Below are positions 53,501 through 64,000 of a stretch of DNA of 64,000 nt, in pieces. The translations under genes were made by a program, and so were the position numbers. Each line of letters opens with the position of its first letter. Positions within the stretch are counted from its first letter, which is position 1. The stretch is from contig OY986946.1 of NCBI GenBank assembly GCA_963920595.1, forward strand, positions 124,001 to 188,000. Reading direction: 5' to 3'. A model generated the notes under the pieces. The model had not been told where the DNA came from. It worked only from the letters and a program-made list of their open reading frames with translations, and ran no database searches. Origin of the DNA: Eimeria praecox (lineage: Eukaryota).

Positions 53501-56500
53501 CAATATGCAAAAGAGCCCCCATATCTTACACTCGAACACCACAACACCAGGCACATGCACGTGCGTATCCGTGGCTGTTCTCATACACGCTGATATGCAA
53601 GAGAATCCAGAGCAAAAGCGACAGAATAAATACTCGCCCCCATTGTACCAGAAGGGCTACCAATTAGCCTAGCAGCTAAGCACTCCGCATCTCCGCAGAC
53701 CTGGCATCGAATTATCTGCATACGCTCTGGCCAGAACAGTGCGCAACCGGGACGCCGAAGAAAGCCTAGCAAAGCAGAGCCCATATATGCGCGCATACCA
53801 ACGTCATAAGACCAAGGTGCTCACAGGAGCGGGTCTCCCATCTCTCCACCGAGTACAGCGTATATTTTTCACTGCAAACGGCAAGGCTCTAAGAAGGGCA
53901 AGCGAGCGAAGCGCAAGCCGAGTACTACCAGCAAAAAGATGCAGCGGGCTTCAAAAAGAGTGTCCAACCAGAAGCACACACCGGCATAACAGATTTCGTC
54001 CTCTGCTGTGTTACCCCATAGCTGCGGAATGAGCAATGTATTTCCCGTTTTTTCTGATCAGCGGATTCACATTAGACGTGTTCGTAGGGTTGCCGGCAGC
54101 GGCTCTAACGACCTGTCCCTTACCTTCGCACTGCAACTGCATACGCCTGCATGCATGCACATTCACACCCATGTCTGATGCCATACAGTCTGAAGGGTAT
54201 TAGTTTCCTGCCCATGCGCCGCGAAGCTGGTTCCCATCCCCCATCAATACTAACTACGCAAGCCAGCACGCTCTTTTACGCCAAAGCGTGGCTTCGCCAC
54301 GCGTTGCCCCTGGGCGCAAGGACGTCAACCGCACTACCCCACGATGCTCACATATGCAGGCCGCATACCTCTTTGCGAATGCTGTGCACACCCATTTAGG
54401 CTGAGAGAGCTGATTTCAACAAAACCACACAAACCAAGTCATATATAGGGGTATCAAAACTCTGTGCTACAGTAGATGCCAGAAAATCACGCTATCAAAG
54501 CAAATAAAGGCACCCCGCCTCCTATGATACTGCAACGCCGCCAATCTGAGTTCTTGCGCACACAACTTCATGCCTGCATTCGTACAAGCTGGAATGTAAC
54601 AGTGCCTGTAACGGCGATAACGTGAAGCTGCCTCTGATTCTGTTGGCATGCACCTGCCTGCCCTAATTGCCAAGATAATCGCATCTCTTCTTCTGGGGGA
54701 TCTAATTATCTGCATACTTGCTGAGCAAAACAGTGAATGATTATAACGCCAGAGAAGGTTTTGCCATCCCGTCACCGTAGAGCTGCGCACGGAAACTTCG
54801 TGACCTCACGATGCTGGTCAAAGCTCAAGCTCTCCGACAAGTGCGGCGTATATGCCTTATTGCCAACGGAACTGGTTCTCAAGAAGACAAGCGAACCAAC
54901 CCCGAGCCTAATACGAAATGCCAAAGGGGCAGCTAGATGCAGGGGCCACTCCTGCTGAATAACTGTTTGTTTGAAAGCCAACGAAGTTTGAAAGTGCTGA
55001 TTGCGGGGAACACATGGGCTTGCAGATCGAATGGCTCATTCCCGTTTGCCTCTAGCCAGGATGTCGGAGTATTAACCACACTTCGCCGTGAGATATAGAG
55101 CACGGATGAAGCTGAACAACTCGCTGACGCCTTCTGCTTCCTACGAAAGCAAAACAACTTAGCTAATCTCAGCACACAAGTATCTGCCAGCTGTAGAACG
55201 AGATCTGCTAGGCTTTGTGCTAACAAGCAACTACATAATGCCTGCGAGATCCCCATGATTTTGTGCAGCTACCATGCGGAGTAACACACTTTGTGTGCTG
55301 CCGGGACTATCGGACGCGGTTCGCTGATCGGTATCCCGCATTTCCGCAGGAAATCTCATACCGTCGATAACCAGGGTAACCTTTAATCCTGGTCAAACCT
55401 CCAAACAACTCCCCACCTAGTCTGGGCCTCCTCCGTCCACGTATTGCGCTGCAAATATACAGGCCCCGCAATTCGCTGACATTGTCTGCCATGCCAGGCA
55501 CTTTCTCGCAAGCCTTATCGCATCCCTGGGACAGCATGCCCCAATAAAAAAAGCACCGGCAGGCCTAAAGAGAGTTTTAACTTCTCCTCAAGCTGCAACG
55601 CAATGAATCTATACGCATTCAGAGAGAGACCCTTCCACCTGCCGCGACACAACCGTAAACGGCAACGTGCACACAGCCGCGCCAACAAGATGGCACTTCA
55701 TATCCGCAAGGTTGGCAGCTAATCATGTGCATACTTCCTGGACAAAACACCAAGATAAATGTAACCGCCTCCAGAGGGCTCCCATAAACGCGCAAATGCA
55801 AACCCCCTACCTCTCCATGGACAAACGTCCTCGAAACCAGGGCATGTAAGCAAATCTCATGCATAGCCAATACTGGGATGAGGCAGCTGGATCCATGGGT
55901 CTTCGTCTTCGAATCTCTTCGCACTGAAAGTCCAACAGCTATCGAGCACGTTCAAGATAATGCACATGCATTGCGGGGAAGTAAGCAAGGGATACTGCAT
56001 CACGGTCTGCCCGGATATTGGTGGGAATGCAATACTAATACTATATAGGGATATGACCAGCTCGAAAGAGCATGCATGCTCCAAACACAAAGCAACCCAT
56101 CTACTCTCGCCAAACCAGTAAACCCCGGGTGCACTAGGAGTAACGCTCGCCCCTGTGCTATACAACGGCTACACAATAATTTTGTGGTTCATTATTATTT
56201 TATCGTACATATCATGAGGCGTTACGCATTTCGTATTGACAGGCCTCTAGCCCGCAGCCCGCAGCTTTCTTTTCCTGTTCCTCTGCAGAAAACCTGCCAC
56301 CATACATAACCGGGAAATGGCCACCCCTTAAAAAAAATCCAGACAAAGCAGTGCTTAGGGAATGCCTTCTCCTATCACTTGCTACAATACACGTATACTG
56401 GCTAACTAATTCACCACCAACGTCCATAATATCCTGTGCAGTTTGGAATACGCACATTGCTCACACAGTCCAGGAAAGCAACGCTGTAGCAAAAGCAGCT

Positions 56501-58224
56501 TCCAGATCTTCCGTCGCTGAAACTCATTTTGAGCGTAAGCGCAGACACATCCACTGCTTCAACCAAGCAGCCGCACGCGCAATGACACCCGCACATACCG
56601 GCGATAGTTGATCACGCGCCTTAGTGCATACCTCCTGCTCAAAGCAGCATGCAGTCATAAAGTTAAAAAATGTGCCACCCCACCGCACCCACAGATGTGC
56701 GCACACATACTGAATATCTCCACGGGGTTCAGCTACGCATGCCTCCCAGCTGTCTTCCAAATAATGCGTATATGCCTGTCAACAGACGGAGCGCATATCC
56801 ATAGGGGCAGGCGATCAAAACGCCAAATTAAAACCAACTGCAAAATGATGCAGCTGGGTGGACGGGACCTCCTGGCTGAATCGTTTCGTGCCGAAATACC
56901 AAACCCAACTGAGCAAGTTCCAGAATAAGGTAATGCAGCACGACTACGAAGAAAGGAGCGCCGTTTCGTGCTCTCCAGGACTGCTGGTGGGAGAGTGCTT
57001 CGAACGCCCTGTCGTAGCTCGCCCACCTCCAGCAAGTGTCAGCAACACATTCATAGGGTGCACCTACTCGCAACAGAAAGCAGCGTAAGGAATCATGACA
57101 CAACAAATCCACCTGCGCGCACGTCCAGTTTCTCTGGCTTTTCTGCTAATTAAGGGGCGTGCAATAAGCTGCTTGCCGCCTTCTCGTTTGTGCATGCGCC
57201 ATGCAGATCCACGCAAGCTATACTGGGTGCGCTTCGGGCAGCGACCGGCTGGTCACTGTTGCTGTCCTCTAGAGAACAGCAGACACCAAATTATAGCCAA
57301 GCTCGTTGCCAATTCTACTGAGTCTGTAAAACCCATCACCAAGTAGTCGTTGCCTCCTCCTGCCGCGCATGGTGTTCCAATGCGCAGCAGGTGTACTATT
57401 AGAATTCGCCGGGAATATTCCTATCGCGTATCGAAATACCGTGCATTTGCAGAAACCAAAGACGAGCCCTACTGAAGGAAAAACGGCTCCAATACGTGCG
57501 GCGAAACTCCCCAAATCTGCGCAGACGCTGATACGCATGCATGGCTGCTCCCATACCCGCTGAAACATAGAAGTGCCCAGATTGGCGCCAAAACATTGAC
57601 ATTCGACATTTGTGCTTCAGACGTTCTACAAGCTATTCTTGCTGCTAAATGCTTCGCGTCGCCGCAACCGTCGCTGCCAAGTAGATGCCCACTCTCTGGA
57701 CAAAGTAGTACGCAACGCCAGCGATGCACTCGCCATACTGCGCGCGTAGGAAGCCGCAGATCAACAGCATAGTCCCATAATGCTCATGATGAGCATACGT
57801 GCATACCCCCTTACTCGACGCCGAATACTTTCAACCAGGACAAGCAGAGCAGCACAAACTCAATACTAATTGCACAGTGAAGGGGCTCGGCACGTGCGGC
57901 TGTCTTGTCGAGCCATTTCTTGCTAGAATAACAGCAGAAATGTAAAATGTTCAAGGCGTTCAAGGCGTTCGCGACGCGTGCGTTGCATGCATAACCGAGC
58001 CTGCCTTTGCTTGCCTCCGCTGACTATGGAATCCTGTTACGCCCTTAAACAGGTTCTGGTTTGCGTAGCCAGCAAACGGCAATCACCCTCCCCCAGTTCA
58101 CGCCCCGTTCTCTTTTGCGCTATCTACTAGGTTCGCAGATAGCTACTAGTTCCCCGTTTCGTGAACACGCCCCTTGCAGTTTTGCACAAGTCGAGCAGAC
58201 CGCGCTATCAGCCGCAGTTCGGCC

Positions 58225-61200
58225 TTCGCTAATAACCCTCTTCCGCAGACCTTCCATGCTGTTAAGCGCTCAGCACAAGCCGTACCGCAGTCGTTGCTTC
58301 CTCCTACCACGTACAGCACTCCAAATACAGTCCCACAACTGCACTGGCATCGTGCCTGCCGTCCGGCTCTGTCTCACATAAGCATATACCGTATCGGAAT
58401 GCTTCGCTACGAGAAAAGCCCGACAAAAGCAAGGAAAGAGCAACGGAAGCCGGCTTCGCCTCGCGTTGCAACCCAACAGACGTAAATGCATGCACGTACG
58501 CATCTGTGCTTGGTCTCATGATTGCCAAAATGTAACAGTACCCGTAACGGCGAGACGCAGATTGCGAGGCTTCCACCTGCATACCGTCTTGCAAAAACAG
58601 CGTACGAGTCCAACACCAGAGAGGGCTTCGCTCCACAGCGTTAACTGACGAGCGCACACAATTTGCGCAACCCGACAATGCTCGCACATACTCCTCCCCT
58701 GACTATCCTCCAAATACAGTGTGCGCGCATTTCGGTAGACGGCGCCAATTTCAATCAGGCCAGCAGAACAACGCCCAAGCTCGTTACCAACAGCAGAAAC
58801 AATGCGGCTTGCTGCATGGGGCATTTTTGTTGAGCCCCGTCTTACTGGACAGCTGAAGGAGTCAAAATGGTTCAGTAACCTACATATCGCACTTGAGTTG
58901 GTGCGTGGTGCAACCTGTTCGCCCCATATGCTGATGGAAATACGCTACGAACACCCATTCCCGACACGGTTAACTCGAATGAGCTTCAGCGGCACCACCC
59001 TAGACTCCACCTGCTTGGGAAACGAAACAGCCTAATCAATCTCGCCAAGCCAGGAATGCCTGGCGTCGTTACGGGCTTCGCCATCTTCTGTGTGCCCCAC
59101 TACCTACACAACGAGCCAAGCATTCCGCGTTCTTTTGCGCAAGTGCCACGCGAATCCGCATTACTTTCGTTATATTCACGCTGTTGGCAGCGGCTCGCCC
59201 TTCGCCATTCCTGCTATCCGCAGAACGGCTGTCATCATATATAACCAAAGTGGCCGTCAGTAGTACTACGCCTTTCCTACCAATCATTGCATAGTCGCTG
59301 CACCCCCTACCACGTATGGCAGTGCGCGTACAATGCCACGCCAAACCACTGACGTCGTTTGCAATGCCAGCATTTGTCTCACAAACGCGCACCTGCCATC
59401 CAAGCATCAATAAAAGCCAGAGATGAGCAAGTTTAGAGGAAAACAAGTTGGGATTTCCCACACTGCAACTCTCTCAATCTGCACGCACGCACATACATCC
59501 CCATGCCTCCTGCCATACAAGCTGAAGCGTAACAGCAACCATGTTCGCGTTCACAAAAGAAATATTCCTGTCGACTGCTTCAGACCAGCACAGCATTGTC
59601 CTAGCTGGTATGTTCTTCGCCTCTGCTCAGCTTCACAGCCTTGTTGTGGACACACTTTCTGGGGGAAATAGCGCACAATCGGAACGCCAGAGAAGGCTTT
59701 GCCGCAGCGCGCTCGTGGCAAGCCAGATACAATGTTCACAAACCCTCAGTGCTCGCTTGTGCATGTTCCCTAGTTCATGACCCAATAATGCACAAACCCA
59801 TATCGTCAGGCTGGCCTAAGCAACTTCAAAGCTAAGTGCTAGTAGCAAAACCAAGCGGACCGCAGCATGGGGCATTCGTGCCAGATCGCTCCTTATTAGA
59901 GGACCAACGCCGAGAGATTATATTGAAGACGCTCGTAGAAAAGTAATGGCATACAGGGATATGAACAGGTGCTTGCAGCTTGCCTCTGCGTACTGTGTTA
60001 GTGCGTCAACAACACATTGTAGAGGAATACGAAGCCTGGAGGCGGACGAATAATGAATCCATAAATTGCGCTCACTGTGAACACGGAACAGCCTAACTAG
60101 TCTGGCAAAATCACAAACAAACGCCTGCACTATGGCGTCTGCCTGCTGGTGTGTTGATCAATAACTACACATTGCGATAGGGTGTCTAAGGTTCCCGCCG
60201 CCTCAAGCCTAATGTGAATTTAGACCATTCGGACTGGCCGAAGCTATTCCCGTTGTCTGCACGGCAACTGTTGTAGTACACGAACGGGATAAGCGCGAAT
60301 GCTACTAATTAATATTACTTAGTCTTTAGAAAAATCCTCGGGTAGCTACTGCTTCCCCCACCATATATTGGGCTGCCAATAGAATGACTCACCGATTCTC
60401 TCGCACTGCGCATAATGCCAGGCTCTGTCTCGCAAACGCAAGCCACATATCCAGACATCCTTGTATAGTAAGTACAGCAGAAGATCATACGCCTAGCAAA
60501 GCAAACGCATGCTCCTGCTGACAGCGCTTCTCTACAAATATGCTCACGTGCAGTTACACGCCCACGTCAACCAACAGAAGGCGATAAACGTACGAGGATC
60601 CATACCAAGTGCCAAGCATATCGCTTTGCTTCTAAGTGCATACTTCCTGTGCAAAGCCGCACGGGATAGCAACGCCAGCGAAGGTTTGCCGTAGAACTCC
60701 TGTGGACGAGCTTATCTGAACAGACCAACCCCACGATGCATGCGCATGGTGGGCCCCCAACACTACGCCAAAACAAGATTTATACTCTTATCAGCACACA
60801 ACAATGATTTCAGGTAGGGCAGTCAAACACAGGCAAAACTAAAACAACTGCAACCGCTTGCAAATGGCTGCGCGGGACCCTTCTACTCCAGTCGCTTTGT
60901 GTTGAAAGGCCAGCGGCAATTGACGGCGCTTAGTAAGAGGAAGATATATGACGCGATCTAGGAAAGCGTGCACCGTATTTTTTTCGGATGCTGGGGGCTA
61001 AGTTCGGCCTGTCGCGATATGGGTGGCAGGACAGGACGTTAAGAGCATACTCTCAAATTCTGTATAGCCTGAGCACAAAATAGCCAAAATAGTCTCGCCA
61101 AGCTAGGCACTCCCCAATAGATCGTACGAGCACATATTTGGTTGTCTTGCATATGGCCACAAAATACTCTAAGGGCGCGGCGATCAGTCGTCCAGGCTCC

Positions 61201-64000
61201 AAGCGGGATTTACGCAAGTCGTGCCGATCCTTCAGTCAGGCACGACCCGCCCTGGGCTGTCCCCGCACTCGCCAGAGCAGAAGGTAACGGCTATGTGTTT
61301 GCATGGATCACTCCGTAGTGAATGATTGCTAACTTGTGGCTCCACGCATTTCTACTATCTCACCAGTTGGCAGGCTTCCATTGTACTATTGAACCCTGCG
61401 CACGTATACTGCCTGATCAATTCACTGGCATTGGGCGGGCCGCTGGTCGTTGCCTTGCTAACGCATGCAGCATATGGAACGCCTCCATAGAAGCCAAATC
61501 TGTGCACTCTTAAAGCAAAAGTGGCTTGTACCTCCCCTCAAACTGCAACGCCACGAGCTACGCGCATAGACAGACACATCCACCGCTGCTCCCATACAAT
61601 CTGAAACACAGCGGTATCCATCGCAATCTGAAAAATAGCAGTATGCATCGAAAGGATGAATTTCTTCTGATGGTTGTAGACTAACCTGAAACTGATGTGG
61701 TTGCTAGGGGTTCCGCATCTGTGCAACTCTGGCGGCTATTTTCCTGCACACTGCCTGGCAAAAATGGTGCTTTTTCCTAGCGCGAGGAAATAATTCAAAA
61801 CCACCCACCCGTAGACACGCGCAGGCAAACAACACACCCAAACCGCGTTCACACCTGCTGATTCTCTGGGGTTGCAGTAAATAGTGCGATTGCCTCTGTA
61901 TACAGACGAAGCTATTTTAGACCACGCCATACTAAGCCAACCCCATGCCTGATTCCAATCTCAATGCAATAGCAGCATAGCGGTGCAAACACTGGCATGG
62001 GGCGTCCTTCGGCAATCACTGCCAATGCGCGGAAAAAGCTAACTAGCGTGCGCTATTTTACCCTTCTTGTTAAAGCATATCGAATGGTGCTGCGAAGCAA
62101 CTAGCCGTCTCTCAACAGCCGAAGGACAGATAGTTTGAGAGAATGCCAATAACGTATTTACTGTTTACAACTACCCCGAGGACAAAAGGGTGAACTCTAA
62201 CAGAACGACCAGAAACACCAGTCTGGACTACGATTTCTGCTTCCCCTTGTACTGCCATTTAGGCGCACAGTGTGCAACGTGTTCGTCGCTCCTGTGCACA
62301 GGCCCCATGCCTGCTTACCCGATTCGGGCACACCCTGCAATCGGTCGTAGTTGGACCATCGCTAATAACCTTCTTCCGGAGACCTTACAGCGCTCCAAAT
62401 ACAGTCCTACACAAATGCACTGACATCGTGCCTGTCGTCCGGCTCTGCCTCACATAAGCATATCCCGTATCGGAGTGCTTCGCTACGAGAAAAGCCCGAC
62501 AAAAGCAAGGAAAGAGCAACGGAAGCCGGCTTCGCCTCGCGTTGCAACCCAACAGACGTAAATGCATGCACGTACGCATCTGTGCTTGGTCTCATGATTG
62601 CCAAAATGAACCAGATTGCTTGGGTTCCACTTCCATACTCTCTGGAAAAGACAGTGTACGAGTCCAACACCAGAGAGGGCTTCGCTCCACAGCGTTAACT
62701 GACGAGCGCACACAATTTGCGCAACCCGACAATGCTCGCACATACTCCTCCCCTGACTATCCTCCAAATACAGTGTGCGCGCATTTCGGTAGACGGCGCC
62801 AATTTCAATCAGGCCAGCAGAACAACGCCCAAGCTCGTTACCAACAGCAGAAACAATGCGGCTTGCTGCATGGGGCATTTTTGTTGAGCCCCGTCTTACT
62901 GGACAGCTGAAGGAGTCAAAATGGTTCAGTAACCTACATATCGCACTTGAGTTGGTGCGTGGTGCAACCTGTTCGCCCCATATGCTGATGGAAATACGCT
63001 ACGAACACCCATTCCCGACACGGTTAACTCGAATGAGCTTCAGCGGCACCACCCTAGACTCCACCTGCTTGGGAAACGAAACAGCCTAATCAATCTCGCC
63101 AAGCCAGGAATGCCTGGCGTCGTTACGGGCTTCGCCATCTTCTGTGTGCCCCACTACCTACACAACGAGCCAAGCGTTCCGCGTTCTTTTGCACAAGTGC
63201 CACGCGAATCCGCATTACTTTCGTTATATTCACGCTGTTGGCAGCGGCTCGCCCTTCGCCATTCCTGCTATCCGCAGAACGGCTGTCATCATATATAACC
63301 AAAGTGGCCGTCAGTAGTACTACGCCTTTCCTACCAATCATTGCATAGTCGCTGCACCCCCTACCACGTATGGCAGTGCGCGTACAATGCCACGCCAAAC
63401 CACTGACGTCGTTTGCAATGCCAGCATTTGTCTCACAAACGCGCACCTGCCATCCAAGCATCAATAAAAGCCAGAGATGAGCAAGTTTAGAGGAAAACAA
63501 GTTGGGATTTCCCACACTGCAACTCTCTCAATCTGCACGCACGCACATACATCCCCATGCCTCCTGCCATACAAGCTGAAGCGTAACAGCAACCATGTTC
63601 GCGTTCACAAAAGAAATATTCCTGTCGACTGCTTCAGACCAGCACAGCATTGTCCTAGCTGGTATGTTCTTCGCCTCTGCTCAGCTTCACAGCCTTGTTG
63701 TGGACACACGTTCTGGGGAAAATAGCGCACAATCGGAACGCCAGAGAAGGCTTTGCCGCAGCGCGCTCGTGGCAAGCCAGATACAATGTTCACAAACCCT
63801 CAGTGCTCGCTTGTGCATATTCCCTAGTTCATGACCCAATAATGCACAAACCCATATCGTCAGGCTGGCCTAAGCAACTCCAAAGCTAAGTGCTAGTAGC
63901 AAAACCAAGCGGACCGCAGCATGGGGCATTCGTGCCAGATCGCTCCTTACTAGAGGACCAACGCCGAGAGATTATATTGAAGACGCTCGTAGAAAAGTAA
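58225..64000. repeat. Recent duplication with ~4054-bp period (about 58225-59946 repeated at about 62359-64000, running off the window)
   Basis: ORF pairs 58802/62856, 59056/63110, 59423/63477 and 59641/63695 are offset by 4054. The upstream part is offset by 4076 (58466/62542) because of indels. Confidence 0.92.

Larger units (their letters stand above)
125..63712 (-). other. Putative chain of at least 66 three-nucleotide micro-exons (YAG|NNN|GTRNG), one per monomer; the gene is incomplete in this window
   Basis: Minus-strand AG and GT are invariant around a variable triplet in all monomers I could align. Donor +5 G is present in all but one, the acceptor is mostly CAG, and a pyrimidine-rich stretch (e.g. 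ctgttttgtccag) often precedes it. No transcript data are available. Confidence 0.5.
37405..64000. repeat. Ancient, highly diverged head-to-tail array of ~31 monomers of the same ~1-kb family, many internally deleted
   Basis: The core motif TGCATACTYYCTGG, followed by ...CGCAACGCCAGAGAAGGCTTCGCC-like sequence, recurs in the same orientation throughout. Spacing is 0.89-1.11 kb over 54.7-63.7 kb and 0.25-1.56 kb elsewhere. Secondary blocks (GCTGATTTCAACCAG, TAGTCTCGCCAAGCCAG, CCTACCACGTATTGCGCTGCA) recur in the same order. Confidence 0.85.

Noticed and set aside
41861..57970. Micro-duplications such as ctgcgtatctgcgtatcatctgcgtatc (41861), gacaatcgtcgacaatcgtc (~47502 and ~49269) and gttcaaggcgttcaaggcgttc (~57949)
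   Set aside because: These are isolated slippage products that are not conserved between monomers.
54148..58494. TGCATGCA octamers (54148, 54152, 57984, 58487), a motif abundant in coccidian genomes
   Set aside because: There are too few to claim enrichment or function. They are only weakly consistent with the taxon guess.
121..63889. Short ORFs (60-183 aa) in the six-frame track as real CDSs
   Set aside because: They overlap in all frames, are rich in C, R and S, and contain no recognisable domain. They recur only because the DNA is repeated, and homologous monomers break them with stops and frameshifts.
37405..64000. Eimeria SAG or Toxoplasma SRS pseudogene array
   Set aside because: I could not find their diagnostic cysteine spacing or motifs (e.g. 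YWKGG, FVALYNP) in any frame. A profile search is still needed to exclude remote homology.
1..64000. CRISPR array or prokaryotic defence system
   Set aside because: The context is eukaryotic, the repeat period is ~1 kb with homologous spacers, and there are no cas-like ORFs.

Overview
Eukaryotic DNA, probably an alveolate such as a coccidian apicomplexan, judged only from an embedded LSU rDNA fragment. No conventional gene is recognisable. The whole window is one family of ~1-kb repeats. From 1 to ~37,400 lies a young, nearly homogeneous higher-order array of a 3001-bp unit made of three highly diverged ~1-kb monomers. It has ten such units, the last truncated, interleaved with five 1624/1632-bp variant units in which most of the unit is replaced by a 1207-bp degenerate 28S rRNA fragment on the minus strand. 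From ~37,400 to 64,000 lie ~31 old, heavily diverged and often internally deleted monomers of the same family, with recent 1767-bp and ~4054-bp duplications. Main observation: every monomer I could align keeps AC-NNN-CT unchanged on the + strand while the flanks and the central triplet vary. On the minus strand this reads (Y)AG|NNN|GTRNG, i.e. a splice acceptor, a 3-nt exon and a splice donor. This suggests a minus-strand transcript of at least 66 three-nucleotide micro-exons separated by ~0.25-1.6-kb homologous introns. In phase 0 the spliced product would be an E/R/K-rich peptide. This is an inference that needs RNA evidence.
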